64,000 nucleotides of DNA from the human T2T-CHM13v2.0 reference genome, Homo sapiens. The notes beneath the pieces were generated by a model that worked only from the letters and a program-made list of their open reading frames with translations, was not told where the DNA came from and made no database searches. The translations under genes were made by a program, and so were the position numbers. The DNA is taken from NCBI RefSeq assembly GCF_009914755.1, contig NC_060925.1; one strand, 5' to 3'. Shown here in pieces: positions 1 through 15,838 of the stretch. The stretch's first letter is position 1. Every line of letters begins with the position of its first letter.

Positions 1-151
1 TTGTTAGTCATTCATGTAACCGGGGGTGGATCCAGAAGCTTACAATGGGGAGGCCGCTGTTCAAAAAAAGAATACAAATTTACCAATACAGGTTGAGCAT
101 TCCTAATTTGAAAATCCGAAATCCAGAATGCTCCAAAATTTGAAGCTTTTT

Positions 152-456
152 TTATTTTCTCTTTTTTTTGAGACAAAGTCTCACTCTGTTACCCAGGCTG
201 GAGTGCAGTGGCACAATCTCGTGATCTTGGCTCACCACAACCTCCGTCTCCTGGGTTCAAGTGATTCTCATCCCACAGCCTCCCGAGTAGCTGAGATTAC
301 AGGCATGTGCCACCATGCCCAGCTGATTTTTGTATTTTTAGTAGAGACAGGGTTTTGCCATGTTGGCCAGGCTGGTCTCAAACTCTGGACCTCAAGTGAT
401 CCGCCTACCTTGGCCTCCCACAGTGGGATTACAGGCGTAAGCCACCGCGCCCGGCC
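152..456 (-). mobile_element. Alu
   Basis: Full antisense Alu with TSD ttgaagcttttt. Confidence 0.9.
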
Positions 457-711
457 TGAAACTTGAAGCTTTTTGAGCACTGTAGTTGGAGACTGCAGGC
501 CTGCCATGTTTGCTGTGCTGTTGTTACAGCGGACACAGGCATTCTACTGATGCTCACGTGCTGCTGAGTTACCCTGAACACTATTTTTTCACTGCATTAA
601 TGGTATGTTATATTTTTATTGTTAAGTACTTATGTGTGAATAAGGGTAAAAAAATGCTTATTGGGAGCACATAAATTCAGAGTCAAAAATGATGATGATG
701 CCAAATAATCA

Positions 712-1141
<430 letters not shown>

Positions 1142-1969
1142 TGACCATTAGGCTATGTGTATAAGTTGTATATGAAACACAAATGAATTTCATGTTTAGG
1201 CTTGGACCCCATCCCCAAGATAATTCATTATGCATATGCAAATATTCCAAAATCCATGAAAATCCAAAAATTGAAACACTTCTGGTCCAGAGCATTTTGG
1301 GTTAGGGATAGTCAGCCTGTATAAAATTGCCAGGGTTCTCCCAGAGCCTTGGCAGGGGCCAGGTAAGTGAAGAATCCTGAAGCTATAAGCTGTATTAGCT
1401 CCAGAGTAAACCTTTACTGTATTTGACCAACATTTGTTGACATTTTGCCATATGCCAAAACTCCTCCTAACCCTGCAGGTTTCAGTTCAGATGTCACCTC
1501 TTCCAGGAAGCCCTCCCTCCATAGATGGGTCAGGGGCTCCCTTTGCACCCACTGCCCTAACCCACTCTGACCTACCTTAATCACCCTGAGCTGTCACTGT
1601 CTGTGTGTGGTATGTGTGTTTGGGGTGGTGGGGAGCAGAGAGTGAGGTTTGTATGTGACTGTCTGCTTCTGGAGGCTAGGGCCTGGTCCAGTTCATCTCT
1701 GTGTCTCAGGGCCTGACATCAGGTACCTGACTAGTCACCAGACACTAATGCGGGGCCTAGCACTTTACAATTTCCCTCTGAGGTTATTATTATAACAATG
1801 GCTGACACACATCACAGGCTTTTTACATGCTACACATGATGTTCAGTGTATAACATGGATTATCTTATTTAATTTTCACTTTACCACCTCTCTGAGCCTC
1901 AGTTTCCTCATCAGTAAAATGGAAATAATATTGCCGACTTCCAAGGTTGCTCCGAGTATTAAGAATTCA

Positions 1970-2585
<616 letters not shown>

Positions 2586-3165
2586 CTATATAAATGACCT
2601 AGTGATGGTTGTGGTGGACCACTAGACACTACTTTCCTCCCCATTTCACAGATGAAAAATGAGCTCAGTAAGGGAAGCAGAAGAGCCGCCTTTAGAGCTG
2701 GAACTCTCCCCACACCATCACAGCGAACAGTGATGCTAGAGCCAGTCACCTGGTGAGTCAGCGCATCAGAGTGGCCCACCCCTCAGGAGGGCCCCACCCA
2801 GGCCGTTCCTGGCCCCCAGGAGCTCTGGCCCAGCCCCAGCACAGGGGAGTCTGTGAGTCACCATCATCATTTCTGCCTCCCCAACTCAAGTGACCTTACT
2901 TGGATCACCTGTGTGTCCCCACCTTGAGGTGACAGCTGGGCCCTGGCGATGGGACAGCATCCTGAGTCCTGGATGCCTTCCTCCTGTCAGGAGACCTGTT
3001 TCCTGGTGCGTTACATCTGGGAGATGCCAGGCCTGCTTTCCTCCCTCATTTCCTCCCCAGCGTGCAAGAACAAATCACCAGTGTCACCACACCTCTCAAT
3101 GGCCCTGAGAACTTCATGGACTGCTTTCACCTGTGCCATTGTCAACTTAAGAAGGCCCTTAATAT

Positions 3166-3480
<315 letters not shown>

Positions 3481-4939
3481 GAGCCCTTAATAAATACCTA
3501 TTAAGTGAGCCCTTAGAATGCCCTAGAAAGTTTGTAATAGCATTACCTCCCATCCTACAGATGAGAAAATAGAGGCTTGGACCAACATCTAGCCGTAGCT
3601 CGAACCCAGGTCTTGATTCCTTATTCTCTAGGGAAAGGGGGAAGAAGAGAAGAAAGGAGGGGTGTTTTAAGTGGGAGAGGTCATAGAAATGGGGGATGCA
3701 AGCAGTGACACATGATGCCATTGTTGTAGAAAGAGCTTAAGCTGTGAAGTCAGTTCTGCCTCTACCTCTCAGAACCTCAGTTTTCCCATCTATAAACCTG
3801 GGATAATAATCCCAAACTCTCAGGGATGCTGTGCAGATTACTGAGCATTATTTGGGTGACTCCTTCCCCCTTCTCAGCACCCCTCCCAGCCCCTTCCCCC
3901 AGGCCTTTCCCTGGCATGAAGCGCCCCCTCCCCAACACCTGCAGTCTCTGCCAGCCCAGATACCCCCTCTTCAGAGTCTAGAACCCTTCCTCTCTCACTG
4001 AACTGGTGACTGTAAAGCAGGTTTCCTTAAAGCGAGTGAGCCCCACCCTAACAGGTTACAGGTTTGGGCTCATTAATAATTCACAAGTGAACAGGCCTGT
4101 CAACAAAGGGCCTTTGGAGGGCTGTGACAGTGACAGATCTTAAATATTCTCTGGCAAGGGCCCCTAAGGAAGGATCTATTCCTGCTCCTTGGGCAGGCAT
4201 GGACTCTGCCCCCCGCTAGCTCTGTGACCTTTGGCAAGTCACTGCCCCACTGTGGGGCAGTTTCCTCTTCCCACCAGATATAAAGGGGAGAGAAATTTGG
4301 GCCAAGAACTCATGGGCCCTCCCTGCTCTGAGGGTCTCTGTTCTAGGATCTGGGCTCTTCTACCTAAGTCTGGTCTCTAGGAGCTGCTGAAGGTAGGTCT
4401 AAAGAAGGAGCCTGGGTTAGCACAAGGGACCAAGAACAGCTCTAACTGAAAAAAGGGGTCAGAGCTCTAATGAGGGGTTTCCAGCATTGATGGCAACCTT
4501 TCAGGGGTCAGAACTTGGGATGCAAAGACAGGAAGATCTGGATGGACTCCTGGCCCCACTATGTCCTAGCTGGGCAGTCCCAAGCAATTCATCCGATTAG
4601 AGAATAGTTCAGAGAGCAGGTTTGAAAGCCAGGGCTTGCACCTGACACCCTGGGCCAGTAACTTCATTTCTGAAACGGGGATGATGATGGCACCAACCTC
4701 ATTAGGTTGTTGCAAGGATTAAATGAGCTACATATCTTCAGGGCAGATGAGCTACCTGACACACTGCTGGTGACAATAGAAATTGGCTCCATCTGCCTGT
4801 AATCCCAGCACTTTGAGAGGCCAAGGCGGGAGAATTGCTTGAGGCCAGAAGTTGGAGACCAGCTTCAGCAACATAGTGAAACCCCCGTCTCTACAAAAAA
4901 TAAAAACTTAGCTGGGCATGGTGGCACACAACCATAGTC

Positions 4940-5990
4940 TGCTACCGTCTATTATCCACACAGCACCAGGCCCATTTGACACTTAGGCCAGATCACATCA
5001 CAACTCTGCTCAAAGCCCTGCAAAGGCTCCGCATGTTCCTCAGTGCAAAAACTAGTCTGTCTATGGCTCATGAGGCCCTGCACAACCTGTATGCTCCCAT
5101 CATCTCCCGACATCATTTCCCTTTATTCCCTCTCTTATTTCAGCCACACCAGCCTCCTTGCTCACCTCCAAATATGCCAGGCACATTCCCACCTCAGGCC
5201 CTTTGGACTTGCTATTCCGTCTGCCTGGAATGCTCTTCTCACACGATTCACTACTTCACCTTCTTCGGGTCTCAGCTCAAATATCACCTTCTCCGTGAGG
5301 CCTTCCCTGACTATTCTGTTTAATTTTTTTTTTTTTTTTTTTTGAGATGGAGTCTCACTCTGTCACCCAGGCTGGAATGAGTGGCACAGTCTTCGGCCCA
5401 CTGCAACCTCAGCCTCCCGGGTTCAAGTGGTTCTCCTGCCTCAGCCTCCCAAGTAGCTGAGACTACAGGTGCCCGCCACCATGCCCAGCTAATTTTTGTA
5501 TTTTTAGTAGAGACTGGATTTCACCATGTTGGCCAGGCTGGTCTTGAACTCCTGACCTCAGATGATCTGCCCGCCTCAGCCTCCCAAAGTGCTGAGATTA
5601 CAGGCGTGAGCCACCGTGCCCAGCCCCTTTCTATTTAAAATTGAACCCCTGCCTCCATCCTCCCAGTTCTTCTGCCCTGCATTATTTTTCCACAGCGCTT
5701 GTTGTCAAGTGACATCTTTTTATTTTGCTTATTCATTTATTCTCCCTCTCCCTATTAAACTAAGTTCCACAGGTAGGGCTTTTGTTTGTTTTGAGTGGGG
5801 TCTCACTATATCGCCCAGGCTGGTCTTGAACTCCTGGGCTCAAGTGATCCTCCTGAGTAGCTGAGACTCTAGGGACATGTGGCTGTGCCCAGCTTCAGGA
5901 ATTTGTTTTTGCATTATTGTTTTGTTCTCTAATGTGCCTAGAACAGTGCCTGGCTCAATAAAAAGCCTTGCTGCCTAAACGAATTTACTT
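4940..5990 (+). mobile_element. L2 3' fragment interrupted by Alus
   Basis: tctgcctggaatgctctt...ctcagctcaaatatcaccttctc...cctagaacagtgcctggc...aataaa. Confidence 0.65.
5324..5626 (-). mobile_element. Alu
   Basis: Antisense dimeric Alu. Confidence 0.9.
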
Positions 5991-6274
5991 GAATATGGAA
6001 AAATATGAAAAAAGCAGAACACAAAATTATCCACCGAATATTAAAAAGAAAACCCTGACATCTATGCATTTTAGGAAGCATGAAGAGATACTGAAGCCAT
6101 TTCTGGGGGAGGCAGTACAATATACTGCTGGGAATAGGATATTTGACTCTGAATTTTGGCTTCTTCACTATAATCCAGGGCAACACTCTTCACCTCTTTG
6201 CGCCTAAGTTTCCTCCTCTATTAAAGTGGAGAAAGCAAGGCTTCCCTGGTCAGAGTTGTGTGGATTACAGATGA

Positions 6275-6964
<690 letters not shown>

Positions 6965-7527
6965 TAGCTTGAAATGAATTGAGCGGCTGCAGTGCTTCTT
7001 CTTGCAGGGTGTGGGGGCTGGTCAGAGCAGACCCTGTAAGAGGGAAGCTAAGGAGTAACACCTGAGGCTGCAGGAGGCAAAACAAATTTCACTCCCATGG
7101 GAAGAAAAGGAGCCAAAAGGAACGGGGTGTCTTAGCCCAGTTCCACGTGGATGGGGTCTCTGATGTCCCACCTAGTCCTAATATAATTGTCCTTTTGGCA
7201 GGGTGTCATGGGGCAAAGGACCAGCCATTTATAGGGCAGGGGAAGGATTTTACTTGAAAGTGGTAGATTTCCGCACTGCTGATCACCTGGGAAAGACTGA
7301 TTTATTATTTTATAGCCGATCTTAGCATAAGAAAGGAAGCCTTGGGAATCTTGGGCTAAGAGAAAAATTCCTCTTTTTTCCTGGGAAAGAAGATGTTGGA
7401 AGACACATTGGGCCCTCCCAGAAGTGGATGTTCTACAGGAAGGCTCCTTCCAGGATGGCTGAGGGGAGAGGGCCATAACATCATAAAATCATCTGTCCCT
7501 CACTCCCTTCTTCCTAAGGTGTTTTTA

Positions 7528-7668
<141 letters not shown>

Positions 7669-7760
7669 TTAATAAATAAATAGAGATGTTATAGCCTGGC
7701 CTCAGCCGAGCTGCTGGGGAATTAAGGGAAGGGGCTGTCCCACCCATGGCATGGGGTGAT

Positions 7761-8115
7761 TGCTATAGAGTGACAGTTTGCATCCCCCAACATTCATATG
7801 TGGAAATCCTTATGTCTAAGGTGATGGTATTAGGAGGTGGGCCCTTTGGGAGGTGATTAGGCCATGGGTGCAGAGCGGGATTGGTGCCCTTATAAAAGAA
7901 GTTCAAGAGAGACTCCTCGCCCCTTCCTCCATGTGAAGACACAGCAAGAAGGCACCATCTATAAGCCAGAAAGCAGGTCCTCATCAGATACTCAATCTGC
8001 CTTGATCTTGGACTTCCCATCCTCCCGAACTGTGAGAAATACATTTCTGTTGTTTATAAGCTACCCAGTTTATGCTATTTCATTATAGCAACCTGAATGG
8101 GAATGAATTAAGAAA
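7761..8115 (+). mobile_element. MLT1A-family MaLR solo LTR
   Basis: tgctatag...ggtattaggaggtgggccctttgggaggtgattag...ttgatcttggacttccc...aactgtgagaaat. Flanked by ggtgat on both sides. Confidence 0.85.
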
Positions 8116-8599
8116 GGTGATCTAGCAAAGTGCCTCAGCGACCATTCCCCCACCAGGCCAGGGTGGTGGTGGCAGTCAGGGAGAGAAGGGCTGTGTTTGG
8201 CAAGGCCACAACTCAGGAGAGTGGTGGGTGGCACAGGCCCCGAGAGGGTCCATGAGGGACCTTTCAGTTTTCAGATCTCAGAGCATGAAAAACAGCAGGG
8301 GGACTCAGAGGAATGGGCAGGGTGCTCCAAATATATCGTAATTTGGGTATGTCATGAAACTACAGCTTTAAGGCCTGCTCAGTGGTCACATTTGCTAAAT
8401 GCTGCCCTCCTCCCTCATCACCGCCCCCTTTCTCCTCCCCTCCTCTCCAGCCCATTGGCTGAGTGAGGAGCCTCTTCTTACTTGACCCCACCTCTCAGGG
8501 AACAGTGATTGGTTGAAGGAAGCACCAGTCAGAGTAGTCTCCTGAGCTTTTTCAGACTAAAGCTGGTGAAGCCCTTCCTCTTATAATCATCACTCGCGC

Positions 8600-8785
8600 T
8601 GGTATAGCAGCATGCCGTGCAGTGCTTTACATAAACTAACTCATCCGATCCTCACAACAATCCTGGGAGGTGAGTCCTAACATTACCCCCATTTTACAGA
8701 TGAGGAAACTGAGGCACGAGAAGCTAAACAGCCTGTCCAAAGTCATACTGCTAGAAAGTCTCAGAATCAGGCTTCAAAACCAGCC
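8600..8785 (-). mobile_element. MIR (representative; further MIR pieces near 1880, 3520, 3770, 4660, 6130, 10330, 14090, 15120-15610, 16780, 18610, 20400, 20720, 21020, 22160, 30090, 60130, 61700)
   Basis: MIR core ccccattttacagatgaggaaactgaggcac. Confidence 0.8.
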
Positions 8786-8788
8786 TAA

Positions 8789-9072
<284 letters not shown>

Positions 9073-11229
9073 ACCGCCCCCCCACCCCCCGCCCACACAC
9101 ACACCAAAAAAACAAAACCAGCTTATGTGGCCCCAGAGTACTTCTCACTGCTTTGATTTACCATCCCAGGACTTGAGCTTGGAAGCTGCTGACAGCCATG
9201 CCTTGTACTGAGTGGAGAAGCAGGTGAGCATTAGGAGAGAATGGAGCTGGCCACAGACAGAAACTGCTTTGAGAGGCAGAAATTTTCAGGAAAGGACAAA
9301 GCAACTCAACCTCAGATCACAGATTTGAAGATGTTACAGGAAATGTGGTGTGCTGGCAGAACTGAAGTTGCAACCCAAATCTATTTCTCAATGACCCCCA
9401 AAAGGACCTAAATGTTCCAAGTTTGAACCCCTCCATAACTGATAGTGGGACAAAGGTTGCTTGAATGTCTTTCAAGTTCTTGTCACCAGGGATTGAGGAT
9501 CTGAGGGACCACAATGTGCCTCTCACACTAGAGCCCTCTCCTACCCCTTACAATCACCCTCAGCAACAGGGGGCAGAGTAAAGTCCTGGGATTAAAAGCT
9601 TCAACACACACACACACAAAAAAAACCTTGAAATTTTAAATCACAAGTCTGGGAATCACAAATGCTTCAACTTGCAGGATCTGAGAATCACAGAGGTCAA
9701 AACTCAGCACTGGCCTCAAGTCCAAATTCATTCCCAAGGAAGAGACCTCAAAGCCACCCAAGGATTCCTGCCACCAAATTAGAAACTCCCAACCTAGAAG
9801 CATCTGAGAGCTCCTCCAGCTCAGGCTGAAACCAAGAGCAGGAATTCTGACTACAGCAGTCCTAGCAGGCCTCCAGCCTCCTTGGCTGGGCCTCTCCATT
9901 CTTGAGGAGGCCCCTCCCTCCCACAGCAGATCTGCCACTCAATTACTCTCTCTAAAGCAATCTGCCCATCTGCACATCCCCTTTTATTTTTGGTGCTGTC
10001 TCCTACCACAAGTGGGGGCTATGGTATGGCTAAGAAGGGCCTGATTTGTAGGCTGAGTAGGGTGCGGTCCCCATTGTAAGATGCATGGGCGTTAGGAACA
10101 GTCCCCTTTCCTTTTCCCAGCAGTTCCCAGCTACCCAATCCTGGTGCCTGGAATCCCACCATTGACTCTGAAGCCTTTCAGAATCCCCTCTGCTCAATGC
10201 AAATACCCTGGAAGGAAGATTACCTCATAACAGTACCGAGAAAGAAGTGAACACCGAATATGCCCCAGTGACTGTTAGGTCCTTTACAAATGACTTCAAT
10301 AGATCTTTCCACAGCTCAGAGAGTAGCTATTATTTTACAGCTGAGGAAACTGAGGCTCACACAGATCAAACAATGAATCAATGTCAAAGAGCCAGTAAGT
10401 AAGCGGCAGAGCAGGGGTTGAGCACCCCTCCACATCCCCATCCCCCCTGCCAAACTCTTTGCCCTTGGCTATGCTGTGGGACACAGGGTGGTGTGGTGGG
10501 CGAGGGGTGAGGGTGGAGCGGTCACAGGGCCTGAGCTGGGAGAATGGAGACCCAGGTTTGAGCCTTGGGTGTGAGACCTTGTGTGGTCAACTGGGAGTAA
10601 AGAATTCTCTGGGTATTTGTGCCCAGCAAGTTCCAGCTGAAGCACAAAGGCGCATGTGTGCAGGCTCACAATGCACTTCCTCACACAGGCCCACTGGGGG
10701 ATGCAGAGGCCTCTGCTTGACCAGAGGCCACCCCTACACCTTCTCCTCAGCCTGTCCATTCACTGCTTCTCATTTCTTCCTTCTTAGCGTCTATCTCCCA
10801 TTCCCTCCATTCTCCTAACCCATACCCCAGCATCTCTCTCCTGGACCACGACGCCAGCCTCCCCTCTGCTCTCCCTGCACACTGAGAGGTGTGTAACATA
10901 CATACACGGGAGACCCCGAAGGCTCCCTGGTGCCCACAGGACGATGCACAACTGGATTCTCCCAGGCAGGGAAGGTCCTGGAAGGCAAGAAAGCCATGTG
11001 GCCAAGTGATCTCGTGCTCCTCAGAAATCATCCCATGTCCTCATCAAAACTGAAATGCACTCTGAGCCCCATTATGTGCTGTGCTCTGGGAACATGGGGA
11101 CAAATGAGCCCTGTCTCCTTTCCATAAGTAGTGGAGAAACAGAAAAGGAGGAGGTGACAGTGATCCAGCATTGAAATCGTCTGTCCACAAAAATCCTTTC
11201 TCCGTAGGACAGCGTGGTCAGCTTTAAAT

Positions 11230-12270
11230 AAGTAAATGCCCTGCTAAAGCCCTCCAGTGGCTTCCCACCACACAGTGAAACCTAAATTCCTGGTCCTGTT
11301 TGTTCTGGCCAGCCTGCTTCCTGGGTCTCAGTGATCTTCCATCACTCTCCCTCCTTTCTTCTCAGACACAGCTCAGGGTTTGATGTGAGCTATCCTGCCT
11401 GCAATGCTTCAGCACTGCCAATTTTACTGGGCATAACATTGCCTTATTGTATGCCTCGCCCAGCATCTATTTCTGATGTTTACTTGTCTACTTGTTTATG
11501 TCTCTCTTACTAGAACCTGGTTGCCAAGAGCAGGACCTGTATATCTGAAGTAACACCATACCTGCAGTGCCTAGTACAGTGCTGGCCCAGCACACAAGTG
11601 CTCAACAATGTGTGCTGAAAGGCTGAATGAGAGTCACCAAAGGGTGGTGGAGAGCCATGGAAGGGTTTTATTTTCTTTAATGTTTTTTCCTTTATTTATA
11701 TAGAGATAGGGTCTTGCTATGTGGCCCAGGCTGCTCTCAAACTCCTGGGCTCAAGCGATCCTCCCGCTGGGATTACAGGCATGAGCCACCACGCCTAGCC
11801 TATGGAAGGGTGTTAAAGCAGAAAATGGCTTGGTCTGGTTTGTGCTTTAGAAAGGATGTGTGGAAAGGGAGAGACAGGAGGAGCTGGGGAAGGGGGCCTG
11901 ATGCAATAGTCCAATGAGAATAAACAGCTTTGAGAGAAGTTGGGAGGTAAAATCAACAGGACTTGTAGACGGGGGTGGGAGAAAGGTAGGGAGGTGTCAG
12001 GGATGACTCCCAGGTTTCGGGCTTGGGCAACTGGGTGGATGACCATTCACTGACACGGGGACACCGGAGGAGGAACAAGTTTGGGGCTTGCCAAGTTTGA
12101 GGTGTTCATAGGACAGTCAGATGGAGGTGTTGGGAGGACAGTTGGATTGCCCTTTCCCTGGCACAGCAGGGTGAACTTTAAAGATGTAAATATGAAGGGA
12201 AGGGCTGAACCTCAGAAGATGTAAATATGCGGGGAGGGCTGAACCTCAGAAGAGAGGTCAGGGCTGTGGT
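11230..12270. mobile_element. Adjacent L2 fragments in opposite orientations, with a short Alu monomer at ~11690-11800
   Basis: L2 3' end (gtgcctagtacagtgctggc...gctcaaca) followed by antisense L2 (gatgactcccaggtttcgggcttgggcaactggg). Confidence 0.6.
12181..12249. repeat. Two-copy ~35-bp tandem duplication
   Basis: aagatgtaaatatgaagggaagggctgaacctcag / aagatgtaaatatgcggggagggctgaacctcag. Confidence 0.9.
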
Positions 12271-12549
12271 CCCCTCTCACAGGAACACAACTGGGGCGCA
12301 CTAACTTATCCCGGAGGTAGGGTCAGCTAGGGAGGTGGCTGACACACCTTGGAGGGCTCGCCTTGGAGGAGCTGGGGTGCACATAATTCACCCTGGACTG
12401 GGACTGGAACCCAGGACTTCCCCCACCTGCTCCTCGGATGTGGACAACCCCTCAAGCACACAGAGCCCTGGCTTCATCTGTCCGGGCACACAGCGTGCCC
12501 ACACTTGGCTCATGCAGACCTGAGGAGAACCAGGTGAGAGGATGGAGGG

Positions 12550-13130
12550 TTGAGCGCAGACGCCGCTGCCCAAACCTGACCGCCAGCCCCACCTGAGGTC
12601 CTTCTCACCGAGCTGACTTCGCAGATAGCCCGCGTCTTGCGACACTGAGCGGCGCTCAGGTGGGACCGCGTCTACCCTCCCCAGTTCCCGCCCTGCTGGG
12701 GGCGAGGACAGAGAGCAGGGGGCGCGCGGCGCTGCCCCTCTCGGGCCTCCGGCCGACCCCCACGCCCAGCAGCCACACACCCTTTCCCCAGCTGTGCCTC
12801 TCAGCTGTTTCCCTGACGTCGGCTGGGTCCTCCGGCGGCCCCTTGGTCCCGTCCGCGCCTTCCGCCGAGTCCCCACCCCTGCCCGGTACCTGCGGTCGCT
12901 TTTCCCGGAGGCCGCCTCCTTCCAGGTGGTCAGAAAGGCCATGGGCGCGGGCCGGGCTCGGACGGGGCCGCGGGCGGCCCCTCGCGGCGGCGGCGGCGGC
13001 CGTGGAGGCTACAGTGGCAGCACCTGGACGGGGCGGGCAGGGCGGGACCCGTGGCTCCTCCCCGCCCTGGACCTGCGCCTCCCTGCCCCAAAGTGGAAGG
13101 GCTTAAGTGTCCCTAGAGCGGGCCTGAGGT
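12550..13130. promoter_or_regulatory. CpG island promoter (TTC39A upstream promoter) with GC boxes and (CGG)5
   Basis: Abrupt high GC and CpG density. GGGCGG boxes at 12972-12977, 13031-13036 and 13040-13045. (CGG)5 at 12985-12999. Confidence 0.85.
12890..12942 (-). CDS. TTC39A: Coding part of an upstream alternative first exon of TTC39A: MAFLTTWKEAASGKSDR+AG (53 nt, phase 2)
   Basis: ATG in context gcgcccATGG inside a CpG island, followed by a CAG|GTACCG donor. The gene name rests on recalled synteny with EPS15 and a recalled isoform N-terminus. Downstream exons lie outside the window. Confidence 0.75.
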
Positions 13131-15838
13131 CCCTGGGCAAGCCCACTCCCACCCAGAACCAGAAAGGACCCCAAACACTCTGAAACCCCTCATTGGGCAC
13201 CGGGAGAAACGGAGCTCCAGGCTTTGTCCAAGGTCACAAGGGGGCCAGCGGCCGGTCCCACTCGGTCCAGAGCCCAGCCTCCAAACTGACGGGCCACACG
13301 ATGGCCTTACCAGGGTCCCTGCGGGACATAGCAGCACCACCAACCCTGTTCCCTCCTCCCTACATACAGAGCCAGCTTTGCTAGGGCCTCGCCAGAATGG
13401 GGTCAGAAGCTCGGGACCGAGTCAAATGCTGGGCACAGAGCACCAGCAGCAGGGGGCTGATGGGCAGGGAAGTGGAGAGCAGCTGTCTGGGCCTGAGGGT
13501 GGAGGCTGCAGGCCAGGCCAGGCCCTGGAGTGACCCACTTCACCGACTTATGAGTCCAGTACCCCGTGGCAGGTCGGGGGACAGAGGAGAATGAGCCACC
13601 GCCCCATCTCCAGTGTAAACTTTCTTTGAAGCCCCACATTTCATCTTAGGCTGCGTACATTTTTGGTTTTTATTTTAAATTACCACCACCAAGCAGAATC
13701 AGCTCTGGAGCAAGGGGATCCCCTGGCGTGCAGTCCAGGGGCTTTTATGGGAGGCCCAACTAAGGACAAGGAGCAGGGGAGCACCGTGAGGAGGCATTTG
13801 AGAAGGCCTGCTCCAGCTCCAGTGTGAAGAATGGATTCAGGGACCCCTGGAGACTTAGCTCATCAGAGAAGGTGGGGGTTGAACACAGGGCAGGGGCAGG
13901 GTGGCTAAGGCCCATTTTTGTTTCCTTTTGGGCTGGGTCTGTATCCTAGGTACTTGTGCAATACAAATTTCGTGTCCAATAAGTGGTGACTGGTTTTCAC
14001 ATGTCAGGTGTTCTCTCATGTGTCAAGCCCTGAGCCAGGCAGTTTACACCAATTCTTATTTATCTGCATCTTGTTACATACTCACTCATCCCCATTTTAC
14101 AGTTGATGAAACAGGTTCAGAGGGGTGAACGACCTTTCCTGAAACCAAGTTGTGAAGTCAGGTCTTACACCCAGGCTTCTCTGCCCAATCTGGTGCTTTC
14201 CTCCCACCCTGCCTATGGACCATGGGTGGGCTGAGCACGGAGTGGGAGGCCCTGGGCAAAGCTGCCCAGAGGGCAGAGGCTCTAAGGACCATCTGGGCAA
14301 TTTCTCTCACTCTTCCCTGGTAGGCAGCAGAGAACATATGACCTTTCACTCATATCATGGTCTTTGCAGATCAACAAGGGCCGGGGAATACTGCTTATCT
14401 GATCACAAAGCTAGAGCTTCTAAATCTGGAAAATCCAGTTACAGTATGCCCAGGGACCCAAACCCCTTAGTCCAGAGCCTTGTCCAGCTTGGCCAGCACT
14501 GAGCACTTAGCCAACTTTCTCCTGGGTTCGCAGGCAAGAAGAGCCACAGGACCTCAGAAGCCTGACCTTCTATGGGCCCAGAGCCCAGTTTACTAAGAGG
14601 ATTAATCTCACCGAGCCTGTCAGCCCACAGCCAGCACCACTTCCTCCAGGAAGCCATCCAGGATCTCCCCATCAGAGCGGTCTCTCCGTTTTCAGAGGAT
14701 ACATTTTGTCTCTCTCACAGCATTTAGCATTACATATTTTAAAATCCTTGTATAAGTTATTTACAATGGTATTTCAGATTTCTCTCTGAAGGTACAGATA
14801 GTATCTCATGTGTCTTCTACAGAGCTCAGCACTATTGCTATACATAGTAGGTACTCAATGGTGAGTAAATAAAGAAGGAGCTAATACCTATCAAGCTTCT
14901 ACCCAATGGCAGGCACTATGCAGAGAGCCTTTACGTATCTACCTCTAATCTAGACAACTGTTTTAAGAATATTTGGGTCAGAAGTTTAGAAATGTTCCTA
15001 AGATCAAATCAGGAGCTGGGATTCAATCCCGGGGTTCTTAAACTTCAAGGCTTGTTTCTTATTCTTCTTCCTCATCTGTTTAGAATTATGTTACTTGGGC
15101 ACTATTTTAAACTCTTCACATGTGCCAACTCATTTAGTCCTCAAAATAATCCTAACATGTATGTTCTTTTACAATCCCAATTTTATAGTTGAAAAAGTGA
15201 GGCAGGTAGGAATTAATTTGCTCAAGATCACACAAACTAGTTAAGTGGCAGAGCTAGGACTCAACACACACAGCCCGACTTGAGAATGTATATCTTAACC
15301 CTAGCCCTAGTTTTCCTGCCACGCAAGCTATTAGATGCACAAAGCATTTACAAGCCACTTTTTCAAGCTTATTTTGAATCATGTAATAAACCCAAGGTAG
15401 AATCAGTTTTATTCTTCCCATCCTCCCTTCCACTGGAGCCACACTGCTTAGGTTAAAATCTTGGCCCCACCACTAGGTATCTGCACAACCAGGCAAGTTA
15501 CTCAACCTCTTTGTGTCATTTTCTTATCAGTAAAATGAGGATAACAGCACCTATTACAAGGGTTGTTGTAAGGATTTAATGCAAGCAAAACAGAACAGTG
15601 CTGGACACATAGTGTGTGTTACCTGCACCTCGTATAGTGATAGTTTTATCCAGAATCAGAGGGCAATGAAGTGTTCTATATAAATGAACTTTCAAGACAA
15701 CTGAAGTTTATCCCCTTTATTCAGATTCACATTTTTCGAAAATGTATTGTTACCTCTTCTGTCTTTTTAAACATGGGCATGGCAGCTTTTAGTGTGTATC
15801 TGCCATGTAACAGAAACCATGACTTTGTATCCATCATC

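Noticed and set aside
12388-13183. Long overlapping ORFs (184, 148 and 129 aa) in the CpG island
   Set aside because: GC-rich DNA is stop-poor. Only the first 53 nt of the minus ORF, which end at a splice donor, are supported.
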